The notes below the pieces were generated by a model that was not told the origin of the DNA, did no database searches, and saw only the letters and a program-made list of their open reading frames with translations. A stretch of 64,000 bases of DNA from an uncultured Candidatus Saccharibacteria bacterium (GTDB lineage Bacteria; Patescibacteriota; WWE3; UBA101185; 2-01-FULL-41-18), in contig CAZWQF010000001.1 of assembly GCA_964636285.1 (NCBI GenBank), forward strand, positions 76,908 through 140,907. The letters are read 5' to 3'. A program made the translations under genes and the position numbers. The number at the start of each line of letters is the position of its first letter. The first letter of the stretch is position 1. Shown piece after piece: positions 38,228-47,390 of this stretch.

Positions 38228-38974
38228 ATGAATGCAGAACAAAACTCAACAAATGTAGAGCTTGATAAACTTTACGCTGAAGCTCCAGAGGTTTTTCCAA
38301 AAAATATTGCTATTGTCATGGATGGGAATAGACGATGGGCAAGGCAAAGAGGCCTAAGAGATATCGAAGGGCACAAAAAGGCTGTTGATGCAATTAAGCC
38401 CTTGATCAAAAGGGCAGTTAAATACGGAATTAAATCTATTACCTTTTGGGTTTTTTCTACCGAAAACATAAAAAGAGATGAGGAGTTTTTAAGCGATATT
38501 TTTTCACTTGCAAGACAGCATCTAAATAATAGGGGGCTGTTTGGGGAAATAACTGAAATGGGAGGTAAAGTTAAGGTGGTTGGAAACTTAGGTATTTTTC
38601 CAAAAGACATTGCCAAAATGGTTGCAGATTACGTTGCAGAAAGTAATCCAAAAAGCCATCTGATTGATGTAGTGATGGCTTTTGGTTATGGAGGAAGAGA
38701 TGACGTTGTAAGGGCAGTTAAGAACATAATTAAAGATAAATTATCTGAAAACGAGGTGACAGAGCCAATACTACAAAAGTATCTGGACTTTAAAGAAGAC
38801 ATAGATCTTGTTATAAGAACAAGTGGTAGGTATAGAACTTCTGGTTTATATATTTGGCAATCTGCATACAGCGAGCTTTATTTTACTGATACACTTTGTC
38901 CTGACTTTGGAGACGCAGAGTTTGATAAAGCAATTGCTGAATACACCAGAAGAGTGAGAACTTTTGGAAAATAG
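38228..38974 (+). CDS. uppS: Undecaprenyl/polyprenyl diphosphate synthase
   Basis: IVMDGNRRWA, FSTEN, YGGR, IRTSG, YSELYF. Confidence 0.95.
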   Translation: MNAEQNSTNVELDKLYAEAPEVFPKNIAIVMDGNRRWARQRGLRDIEGHKKAVDAIKPLIKRAVKYGIKSITFWVFSTENIKRDEEFLSDIFSLARQHLNNRGLFGEITEMGGKVKVVGNLGIFPKDIAKMVADYVAESNPKSHLIDVVMAFGYGGRDDVVRAVKNIIKDKLSENEVTEPILQKYLDFKEDIDLVIRTSGRYRTSGLYIWQSAYSELYFTDTLCPDFGDAEFDKAIAEYTRRVRTFGK

Positions 38975-38977
38975 AGT

Positions 38978-39349
38978 TTAAATCCCTGGGTCTCTTTTGC
39001 CTGCAAACTTGTAGATTGAAAAGTAAAGAATACATAGAAGGAGTAGGTTCAGCGCATTAAATGCATGAAATACTCGTAGAATCCCTATAACTACAATAAA
39101 GCTCGATAGAAAAAACGCTACTTTAAATGCTTGTCTATACAGTGGCTTGAGCTCAGACATTCTGGGAGCCTTTTTATATAAGCGATAGTACACGGGGATT
39201 GAAATTAAATGGGATAAAAAAAGTAGAAGTAGCACAAAAAAGGCTACAAGACCGGTCTTGCTTGATGGGGATGTAAAAAAAATTAGGTAGAGTAGACCAC
39301 TAAAACTAAAGAGAGTGATGGCAGTTACGGTTACCAGAAACTTTGGCAT
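38978..39349 (-). CDS. Four-TM hypothetical membrane protein
   Basis: Hydrophobic segments; TATTAT 6 nt before ATG. Confidence 0.7.
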   Translation of the reverse strand: MPKFLVTVTAITLFSFSGLLYLIFFTSPSSKTGLVAFFVLLLLFLSHLISIPVYYRLYKKAPRMSELKPLYRQAFKVAFFLSSFIVVIGILRVFHAFNALNLLLLCILYFSIYKFAGKRDPGI

Positions 39350-39386
39350 ATTTGAATAATAACATCCTGTTGTATACTCTAGCTTG

Positions 39387-42300
39387 ATGAAAAGATTTCC
39401 CTCAAATTTTGATTCCTTATATAAAAATCTTAATCAGAGCCAAAAAGAAGCTGTGGACGCCATTGAGGGTCCAGTTCTTGTAATTGCAGGGCCTGGTACA
39501 GGTAAGACTCAAGTTTTGACCATGAGAATAGCAAATATTTTAAGGCAGACAGATACACCTTCTTCTGCAATTCTTGCACTTACTTTCACTGAATCAGGCG
39601 TTAAGGCAATGAGGGAGAGGCTCCTTTCTATCATTGGTCCAGAAGCTTACTATGCGGGGATTTATACATTCCATTCTTTCTGTTCAGATGTGTTAAAAAG
39701 TAATCCAGATAGCTTTGTTGTTGCTGAGGATTTGGAGCCTTTATCAGATCTTGAAAGAATCCAAGTTTTTAGAGAAATAATTGATCAAGGCCAATACAAA
39801 GTTATTAAGCCTTTTGGAAGCAGGTACTACTATGTCAGAGCATTAATCAAAACAATTCAGGACTTAAAAAGAGAAGGCATTTCTCACGAGGAATTTTTGG
39901 ATTACATTAAAGCCTCCGAACTTGAAGAGAAAGAATTACTTAAGTTAACCGAAGTAGCTGACGTATACAAAAACTACCAAAACAAAATTTTATCTAAAGG
40001 GAGGTACGACTTTGAGGACATGATATCTCTCGTAACGGAAAAGCTTGAAAAAGATGAAATGCTTCTTAGAGATTATCAAGAAAAATATCTGTACATACTG
40101 GTGGATGAGTATCAAGATACAAACTCATCGCAGAATAGGGTAGTTTCAATGCTTGCAAACTTTTGGGGGCAGGACGCAAATGTTTTTGCAGTAGGGGATG
40201 ACTCTCAATCAATTTATAGGTTTCAAGGGGCATCAATAGAAAACCTATTATATTTTAAAAATCAATTTCCTGAGGCAAGGGTTGTTGTATTAAATGAAAA
40301 CTACAGAAGTCAAAGTTTGGTTATTTCATCAGCAGACGATGTAATAAAAAATAATGAAGTTAAGATCAGCGATTTTATAGAGGGTATAGATAAGACCCAA
40401 ATTTCAAAAGCCACTTATCCTCCGTTGCCAATTCAAGTAGGGCATTTTTCTTCCGGAATCACAGAAGGGTTTTACGTTGCACAAAAGATAAAGGAACTAA
40501 TTGATGGCGGAGTGCCTCCATCTGAGATTTCGGTAATTTACAGAAATAATTCTGATTCAAGGGACTTTACTGATTTATTGTCCAAAATGAATATAAACTT
40601 TAATTTGGTTGGAGGAGAAAATGTGTTGGAAAATCATGACATAAACAAACTCCTAAAACTTTTTAACGTGATTCTTAAAGCAAGGACAAAAGACGATGAC
40701 TTGGATTTATTCACAGTTTTAAATTATGAGTTTTTAAAATTTGATTACGTAGATGTGTTGAAGTTATCAAGATTTGCCAGTGAGAAAAAGTTAAATTACA
40801 TAGAGGCAATTGAGCATCCAGATTTTAGCATTCCTGGAAAAATAAAAGATCCGGAAAAATTCAAAGTCTTCCTTCAAAAAATATATGAATGGCAGGACCT
40901 TGATTCAAATGTTGCTTTCACTCAGTTTTTTGAAAAAGTGCTGGAACATTCTGGCTTTTTGAACTGGGTTTTGGAGTCTTCAGATTCTATTGAGAAATTA
41001 AATAAACTTAACTCTCTTTTTGCTGAGATTAAAAGGTTAAATATTGCGGATCATTCACTAAACTTAGAGAAGTTTATGATAGATGTCTCAATTTTAAGAG
41101 AAAGCGGAATTCCAATAAACGAAGAAGACTTAAATATTAGAAATAACTCTGTCCTCTTAACTACAGCCCACAGGTCAAAAGGACTTGAATTTGAACATGT
41201 ATTTATAGTTAAGTGTTTTGATTCAAAATGGGGTAACAATAAAACTCGTGAACTAATTAAGCTTCCAGAAGGCCTTATTACATCTGCTCTGACAAACTTT
41301 AAGAAAAGTGAGTATGTTGAAAAGGCCAAAGCAGCTCAAAAAGAAAAAAATGAAGACGAGAGGAGGCTCTTCTATGTAGCTTTAACAAGAGCAAAAAAGG
41401 CAGCCTACATAACATACGCAGATTCCTACTTTACAGAAGGTTCACAAAAAGAAGCAGTTCCTTCAATGTTCATATCTGAAATTCAAGAAGAAAAGAAAGA
41501 GAAAATCAATGTTGAAAAGTACGAATCATCTGTAAAAGAAATTCTTAAAGACTTAATATCTCCTATTCAAAAAACAAATATTTCCATTGATGAGAAAGAC
41601 TTTCTCAAGACGGTAATTGCTAATTTCTCACTTTCCGTTACAGCACTTAATACATATCTTGAATGTGCATATAAATTTAAGCTAAATAATCTTCTAAGAA
41701 CGCCAAGAGCCAAGAATAAGCACATGTCATTTGGAACAGCTGTTCATTTTGCACTGGATAAGTTTTTCAAACTTTACCGTGATGAGAAGACTCTTCCCTC
41801 TAAGGAAATGTTAGTTGACACATTTAATCAAGCTCTGGCCAATGAAGTTTTATCAAAAGTTGATTTTGATGAGTGTACAGAAAAGGGTGCAACTGTGCTA
41901 AACGCATATTATGAGTTCCATAAGGCATCCATGGGTAAACCTATGCTTACAGAAAAGTTTTTTGGGTATGGGTACGGAAAGATTTTTCTTGATTCTGACA
42001 TTCCACTTAATGGAAAAGTAGATAAAATTGATATCATCGATTGGGACAAGAAATTAGTTAAAGTTGTTGATTATAAGACCGGATCCCCTAAATCTAAAAA
42101 TGATATTGAGGGTAATACTAAATATTCTGATGGTGGTTATAAAAGACAGCTAGTTTTCTATAAACTTCTAGCAGATCTTGATAAAACATTTACTTACACT
42201 GTTGCTGAGGCTGAGCTTGATTTTGTTGAGCCTGATAAAAAAGGACAGTTTGTAAAACACTCTTTTGAAATATCCGAAGAAGAAGTCTTAAATCTCAAGA

Positions 42301-42449
42301 AGATCATTAGGGAAGCCATGACTGGGATACGAGCTTTCTTATTCGAAAGAACTACTAACTATACCACATGTTCAAATTGTGAATTTAAGGATCACTGCTG
42401 GCCTAATGGTTTACCAAAACCACAACAGCAAGAACTAGCATTGGAATAA
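39387..42449 (+). CDS. UvrD-like helicase fused to a PD-(D/E)XK nuclease with Fe-S staple (AdnAB/AddAB-like)
   Basis: AGPGTGKT, VDEYQD, YVALTRA; LECAYKF, GKVDKID, DYKTG, QLVFY, CSNCEFKDHC. Confidence 0.9.
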   Translation: MKRFPSNFDSLYKNLNQSQKEAVDAIEGPVLVIAGPGTGKTQVLTMRIANILRQTDTPSSAILALTFTESGVKAMRERLLSIIGPEAYYAGIYTFHSFCSDVLKSNPDSFVVAEDLEPLSDLERIQVFREIIDQGQYKVIKPFGSRYYYVRALIKTIQDLKREGISHEEFLDYIKASELEEKELLKLTEVADVYKNYQNKILSKGRYDFEDMISLVTEKLEKDEMLLRDYQEKYLYILVDEYQDTNSSQNRVVSMLANFWGQDANVFAVGDDSQSIYRFQGASIENLLYFKNQFPEARVVVLNENYRSQSLVISSADDVIKNNEVKISDFIEGIDKTQISKATYPPLPIQVGHFSSGITEGFYVAQKIKELIDGGVPPSEISVIYRNNSDSRDFTDLLSKMNINFNLVGGENVLENHDINKLLKLFNVILKARTKDDDLDLFTVLNYEFLKFDYVDVLKLSRFASEKKLNYIEAIEHPDFSIPGKIKDPEKFKVFLQKIYEWQDLDSNVAFTQFFEKVLEHSGFLNWVLESSDSIEKLNKLNSLFAEIKRLNIADHSLNLEKFMIDVSILRESGIPINEEDLNIRNNSVLLTTAHRSKGLEFEHVFIVKCFDSKWGNNKTRELIKLPEGLITSALTNFKKSEYVEKAKAAQKEKNEDERRLFYVALTRAKKAAYITYADSYFTEGSQKEAVPSMFISEIQEEKKEKINVEKYESSVKEILKDLISPIQKTNISIDEKDFLKTVIANFSLSVTALNTYLECAYKFKLNNLLRTPRAKNKHMSFGTAVHFALDKFFKLYRDEKTLPSKEMLVDTFNQALANEVLSKVDFDECTEKGATVLNAYYEFHKASMGKPMLTEKFFGYGYGKIFLDSDIPLNGKVDKIDIIDWDKKLVKVVDYKTGSPKSKNDIEGNTKYSDGGYKRQLVFYKLLADLDKTFTYTVAEAELDFVEPDKKGQFVKHSFEISEEEVLNLKKIIREAMTGIRAFLFERTTNYTTCSNCEFKDHCWPNGLPKPQQQELALE

Positions 42450-42471
42450 ATAAATTAAAATTATATAAGTA

Positions 42472-42837
42472 CTATCTTGGTCCTGAAAGTTTCACTGAAA
42501 TCTTCATCTCTCTTACTTTACCCTCACCGTCTTCAATTGTAAGAAGTGTATTTTGTCTGTAGTACTCAATAAGTTCTAGAGATAATGTTTCTTTTGCCTC
42601 TTTAATCTCGTCTCTTTTTTCTTTCATGTCTCCCAAGATCCTTTTTACGTCGGGCTTATCTTCAACCTTATTCTTGGCTACTTTTGCCTCTTCTCGCATT
42701 TTTGCCTTTTCTTCTTCTGCTTTTGCATAACTTGGGTCATTTTCCATGGCGTCTTTCACCATTTCTGAAAGTGTCCTAAGTTCTTTTTGTAAATCTTCAA
42801 TAATTTGAATTCTTTTTTGAATTGATGATATATCCAT
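42472..42837 (-). CDS. Coiled-coil hypothetical protein
   Basis: Charged heptad-like sequence; TACACT 7 nt before ATG 42837. Confidence 0.75.
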   Translation of the reverse strand: MDISSIQKRIQIIEDLQKELRTLSEMVKDAMENDPSYAKAEEEKAKMREEAKVAKNKVEDKPDVKRILGDMKEKRDEIKEAKETLSLELIEYYRQNTLLTIEDGEGKVREMKISVKLSGPR

Positions 42838-42878
42838 GCCAAAGAGTGTAGTATAACCAATCGTTGATTTCAATGACT

Positions 42879-43748
42879 TCAAGAAAAAATGTTGAGAAGT
42901 GCTATCTTTGAATGTATTAAAGGGAATGTAACCTTTGGAGCCCCAAATTTTTCTTTAAAAGAAGAAAATTTAACCCACTCTTTAGCTAATTTAGGAACTC
43001 TCTCGTCATAAGCGCCTTCAAGGTCAAAATATTTAAACCCTTTTGATTTAAAAAATAATATTGCCTCCCATACATTTTGATAACCAGACTTTGTTTTTTG
43101 CGCTTCATTTGAGAAAGCCCCTAATAAGTACCAAACCCCGTCTCCGTATGTGACGCAAAGCTTTGACACCATAAGCTCTCCATCTTTATTGTATGTGTTG
43201 ATTAAATAACTTTCGTTTCCAAAAACCTTTACTTTGTACTTTATGTCTTTAAAGCTTTGTGTGGAGAATCCTCTTTTTCCTCCAGTAGCTTTATGCATTT
43301 TGTAGAATTCTTCTACTTGTTTCTCATTTGGTGATGGAAAAACCTTTGTAATATCACCTTCTCTGAAGGATCTGTTCACTGAATATTTTGCGCTAGTGGA
43401 TAGTGCTTTTTTTAATTCGTCTTCAGATTTTGTTAAATCAACAATAAAGGTTTTTGAGGGAAGGTTTGGTGCAATGCTTTGTTTGTATCCAAACTTGTTT
43501 AAGATTTCAGTATCTTGGCCAATATTCCCTTCGATTTCAATTAAGATGGAGTTACTCTTCTTATTAAGCTCCTCAATTTTCACTAAGTCCTCAGATGTAA
43601 GAAGCTTTGCCCTTTGCACTTTTGCAAAACTGAAGAACCCTAATTTTATGTATCTATAAATAAGGTTGTCGCAGATATTTTCTGAGTTCCAGTTGTAAAA
43701 TTTAAGGTATTCAGACCATTTAGGGGACTGTCTTACATCAAGATGCAT
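42879..43748 (-). CDS. FemABX-family lipid II aminoacyl transferase
   Basis: DVRQSPKW, TFIVDLTKSEDEL, WEAI, FDLEG, FKEKFG. Confidence 0.82.
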   Translation of the reverse strand: MHLDVRQSPKWSEYLKFYNWNSENICDNLIYRYIKLGFFSFAKVQRAKLLTSEDLVKIEELNKKSNSILIEIEGNIGQDTEILNKFGYKQSIAPNLPSKTFIVDLTKSEDELKKALSTSAKYSVNRSFREGDITKVFPSPNEKQVEEFYKMHKATGGKRGFSTQSFKDIKYKVKVFGNESYLINTYNKDGELMVSKLCVTYGDGVWYLLGAFSNEAQKTKSGYQNVWEAILFFKSKGFKYFDLEGAYDERVPKLAKEWVKFSSFKEKFGAPKVTFPLIHSKIALLNIFS

Positions 43749-43769
43749 ATTGATAGTATTATTGCATAT

Positions 43770-44465
43770 ATGTTTTTATTTGATAGGTTCAAACCAAAAG
43801 TACTGTTTGAAAAAGAATCAAGTTTTAACGGTCACGTAAAGGTTTTAAAGTTCTATTCAGGGATTGTAAATTTATATGCCGATGGGATTATTCAGTCCAC
43901 TTCGTACCACAATAGGATACCTAGCGGTTACTGGAAAAAAGTACTAGATATTATTAAATCCAAAACAAAACCTGAAGATATAAAAACGGTGCTAGTTTTG
44001 GGATTAGGTGGGGGAACTATTCAAGGAATTTTGGCAAAAAACCTGAGTCTTGATCGAATAGATAGCGTTGAAATTGATCCAGTAATGATTGAGGCGGCTG
44101 AAACGTTTTTTGATCTTTCAACTGTTAAGAATCACAAAGTATTTGAAGGCGAAGTAGTAATGGCACTGAAAGACCCAGTTGGTGCAGGGTTGCTTGAAAA
44201 ATATGACCTTGTTATTTCAGATGTTTTTATTGGAAGTGCATTCAACAACAGATTTGATGCTAACCAAGACTTAACCAAATACGCCAAGCTTATTAAAGAT
44301 AGGTGTAACAAATTTGTTCTTTTTAATTCTGTTTTCTTGAAATCAGATAAGGAGGGTATTAAGAAATCGGATATAGCACTTAAAAGTGTTTTCTCAAATT
44401 TAAAACACACACCCTTTACCTACCCAGTTATGTCTGACAATCATTTATTTTACTCAAGTATTTAG
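43770..44465 (+). CDS. Spermidine-synthase-like SAM-dependent methyltransferase
   Basis: VLVLGLGGG, VEIDP, YDLVISD. Confidence 0.8.
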   Translation: MFLFDRFKPKVLFEKESSFNGHVKVLKFYSGIVNLYADGIIQSTSYHNRIPSGYWKKVLDIIKSKTKPEDIKTVLVLGLGGGTIQGILAKNLSLDRIDSVEIDPVMIEAAETFFDLSTVKNHKVFEGEVVMALKDPVGAGLLEKYDLVISDVFIGSAFNNRFDANQDLTKYAKLIKDRCNKFVLFNSVFLKSDKEGIKKSDIALKSVFSNLKHTPFTYPVMSDNHLFYSSI

Positions 44466-45098
44466 TTACTTTGAGATAAATATTTCAGTTTCAGGAAGTC
44501 TGAATTTTTTGGCTTTTGCTAAAAAGTCTTCAGCTGACCTAAATCCAACAGGACAAATAACAACCGAATGAAGTCCTTGAGCTTTTATTCCAAGAACCTC
44601 ATCAAATCCCTCAGGATCAAAGCCTTCCATTGGACACGCGTCAATTTGGTTCTGAGCGGCCGCGTTGAGTAAAAATCCAAGGCCTATGTACGCCTGTTTT
44701 GCTGCCCATTCTTGCTGCTGTTCTGGTGACATTACTTTTGTGAAATTAACCATCATGTCTTTATATGCAGCTAATGCTTCTACTTCCATGCCTTTATCCT
44801 TAGCTACTTTTTCAATAAATTCTTCAATGTACTTTTGAGTAACAGTGGTTTTTGCTGCAAATACAAAAAGATGGGAAGAGTCACTTACTTGTGCTTGCCC
44901 GTATGCCTTTGCAGTGAGCTGTTCTTTTAAGTGCTGATTTTCTACAACAATTACTTTGTAGGGCATTAGTCCAAAGGATGTAGGTGTTAATCTAACTGCT
45001 TCGGTTAAAAGCAAAACCTGTTCTTTAGAAAGTTTCTTACTTGAATCAAATTTTTTTGTGGCGTATCTCCAGTTGAGATTACTTAAATAATTATTCAT
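44466..45098 (-). CDS. NfsB-like NAD(P)H nitroreductase
   Basis: WRYATKKFD, PTSFG, KQAYIGLG, CPMEGFD. Confidence 0.92.
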   Translation of the reverse strand: MNNYLSNLNWRYATKKFDSSKKLSKEQVLLLTEAVRLTPTSFGLMPYKVIVVENQHLKEQLTAKAYGQAQVSDSSHLFVFAAKTTVTQKYIEEFIEKVAKDKGMEVEALAAYKDMMVNFTKVMSPEQQQEWAAKQAYIGLGFLLNAAAQNQIDACPMEGFDPEGFDEVLGIKAQGLHSVVICPVGFRSAEDFLAKAKKFRLPETEIFISK

Positions 45099-45138
45099 TA
45101 AGGGATTATGTAGTTTATATTGATATTAGTCAATATGA

Positions 45139-46029
45139 CTAGAATGGGAGCCGCCCCATTTTCTGTTCGATTTTTTGAATTAAGGGCATTGTAGTTTTTG
45201 TGTATGGGAATGGAAATAAAACCTCATTTTTGCAATACATTTTTTTAAAATGCGAAAAACCAAGCCATGAGTCCTGAACTTTTCCAAACCTTTCGTCAAA
45301 AATGCCTTCCAAATCAAATTCTGAGTATCCACACTCTTTAAGTTTTTTTATTGTCTCAAACATATTTGTATGACCTGCATTTCTCTCTCTTCCTTCTTTT
45401 GAAGTTCCTGCGTATATCAAATAAGCTCTCTCATCAACAATAAACGAAAGAGTAGCGGCAATTGGCGTTTTGCCCATTCGTGTGACTAAAAGTTTTGAAT
45501 CCGAGGCAAAGGCCGTTGACTGTTTATGCACTTCCGCAAAACTTGGCAAACCAAATTTTTTAAAGTTGGCACTATCCTCAAAAGTGTCATAAGCATCAGA
45601 AAGTTCTTCGTAGCTTGGATTGACGCAGAAGGAGTGTGTGATATCTGAGTTTTCTGCTTTTCTTAGTATTCGTTTTACGTTAGTTGAGAAAGTTTTTTTA
45701 ATATCTTCAATTTTTGGAGATAAGTTTAAAATCACTGTTGAGGAGGGAATTAAAGGAGATAAACTTTTAACATATCCGTGTTCCTTTAAAAGTTTAACTT
45801 GCTCGTCATTCTTTGGCTCAATCTTAATAAATAGTGTTTTCTCTTTACGGGAAATATCATCAACTGCTTGAATGAATTTTTCTGAAATAATATCTGGTCT
45901 TTGGATTTTAATCAGCGAAAATGGCCCAATTTTTTTAATAAATACATAATTATCTTCAATTAATTCTGTAATCCATCCAATTTCCCTCAAATATTTTGCC
46001 CAATTTTGAGATTGTCTTAAATCTTTCAT
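45139..46029 (-). CDS. FemABX-family lipid II aminoacyl transferase
   Basis: DLRQSQNW, FIKIEP, FDLEG, GFSHFK. Confidence 0.82.
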   Translation of the reverse strand: MKDLRQSQNWAKYLREIGWITELIEDNYVFIKKIGPFSLIKIQRPDIISEKFIQAVDDISRKEKTLFIKIEPKNDEQVKLLKEHGYVKSLSPLIPSSTVILNLSPKIEDIKKTFSTNVKRILRKAENSDITHSFCVNPSYEELSDAYDTFEDSANFKKFGLPSFAEVHKQSTAFASDSKLLVTRMGKTPIAATLSFIVDERAYLIYAGTSKEGRERNAGHTNMFETIKKLKECGYSEFDLEGIFDERFGKVQDSWLGFSHFKKMYCKNEVLFPFPYTKTTMPLIQKIEQKMGRLPF

Positions 46030-46030
46030 A

Positions 46031-46990
46031 TTAACTTCTAGTCATTCTTAGGAGTTTCCATCTAACGTCATTTACAAAGTTGAATGTGTTGTAAATTGCT
46101 GGGTTGATTACAAGGTCGTAGGAATCAACATAAATTATATGCTCGCCACCAAATCCAAGTTTAAAGTTTGTAAATCCATACCACTCGTCAGTCTTGTCCT
46201 CTGGATTAACAGAAGCTCCCCACATATCAAATACCTTGCATCCAGAAAGTTTGCCCATTTTAATTGCTTCCCAGCAGAGGAGTTCGTTTGGAAAAAAGTT
46301 TTGGTGTTTGTTTGTTGAACCTCCATAAGGGTAATAGAGAACACCTTCAAATATAAAAAGCATCCAGGAAGAAATGCATTCATTGCCAAGTTTGGCTGTG
46401 GCAATCTTTGCAATCCCTGCACTGGAGAGGAGTTTATACATTGTTTGGTAATATTCAATTGGCTTTACATAGAACTTTTGCCTTAAGGCTGTTTCGTTGT
46501 GAATTCTGTAAAAAGTTTCAAGGGCCTCTTCTGATTTTTGCCCCTGAGTACCGTCATCAAAATCAATTACAATCCCTGATTTTTCTGCTTTTTTAATGTT
46601 GTACCTTTTTTTGTGGTGCATTGCAGAAAGCAAATCTTCCTCGGATTTTGTGAGGTCAAGCAAAACATTTCCTTGAGCAAATGTAGTTTTTTTGGCTTTT
46701 GATGCGTTGCTTGTCAAAATATTTTCTAGGCTGTCACTAGTGCTGTTTTTAATAACCATTGGACAATCTAGATTGATATAGGCGCACCCCTCTTTTTGCG
46801 CAGACTCTTTAAGTTTTTCAAAGTCTATAGTTTCAGGATTAACTTTTGGAGCGTATCCAACATAAAAATTTGTGAAAGGGATTTTGTGTTTTGTGTATTG
46901 GACGCCTCCAGCCCTAACTGCTGGAGTGCCGTAATTTGTCTTAAATTCACCCCACTTTTCCGACTGGAGAAAGTGTTTGTAGCTTGTCAT
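46031..46990 (-). CDS. FemABX-family (FemX-like) lipid II aminoacyl transferase
   Basis: HFLQSEKWGEFK, LDLTKSEEDLL, RYNIKKA, YPYGGS, FDMWG, FKLGFGG. Confidence 0.9.
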   Translation of the reverse strand: MTSYKHFLQSEKWGEFKTNYGTPAVRAGGVQYTKHKIPFTNFYVGYAPKVNPETIDFEKLKESAQKEGCAYINLDCPMVIKNSTSDSLENILTSNASKAKKTTFAQGNVLLDLTKSEEDLLSAMHHKKRYNIKKAEKSGIVIDFDDGTQGQKSEEALETFYRIHNETALRQKFYVKPIEYYQTMYKLLSSAGIAKIATAKLGNECISSWMLFIFEGVLYYPYGGSTNKHQNFFPNELLCWEAIKMGKLSGCKVFDMWGASVNPEDKTDEWYGFTNFKLGFGGEHIIYVDSYDLVINPAIYNTFNFVNDVRWKLLRMTRS

Positions 46991-47080
46991 CACAGCAAAA
47001 TTATAGCATAGTAAATTCAACACGTGATTATTATACTAACCTATAGTATAATATATCTAATAAAAGGAAAGGAGCCTGAA

Positions 47081-47302
47081 ATGGCTTACGATAGGGAAGA
47101 AGAAGGGTTTGGGGTTGCGAGCCCAGATGAAGCCAGCAGAATGAGGCAGTACGCTCGGACTCAATCTGCTCCGTCGAAACTGGTGGCGAGGAGCGGCACT
47201 CGCTATTGCCCTAAACACCCCTTGGATAGACTTCGAGCGGTGAATGCCTCCAAGAAGTTCGTCTGCGATGTGCCGGGATGTGGACATTCAGAGCGCTTCT
47301 AG
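47081..47302 (+). CDS. Small orphan Zn-ribbon protein (73 aa)
   Basis: GTGATT-17-TATAAT, SD AAGGAG, CPKH...CDVPGC. Confidence 0.72.
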   Translation: MAYDREEEGFGVASPDEASRMRQYARTQSAPSKLVARSGTRYCPKHPLDRLRAVNASKKFVCDVPGCGHSERF

Positions 47303-47311
47303 GGCCTAAAA

Positions 47312-47368
47312 AAGCCGGGAGGGCGGATACAAAGTGAAGATTTCACAATGTGTTCGTTCTCCCGGCTT
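47312..47368 (+). terminator. 20-bp G-U-rich 3' hairpin
   Basis: AAGCCGGGAGGGCGGATACA / TGTGTTCGTTCTCCCGGCTT with inner GTGAA/TTCAC helix. Confidence 0.75.
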
Positions 47369-47390
47369 CTGCGTTCTAAGACCTCAATTT

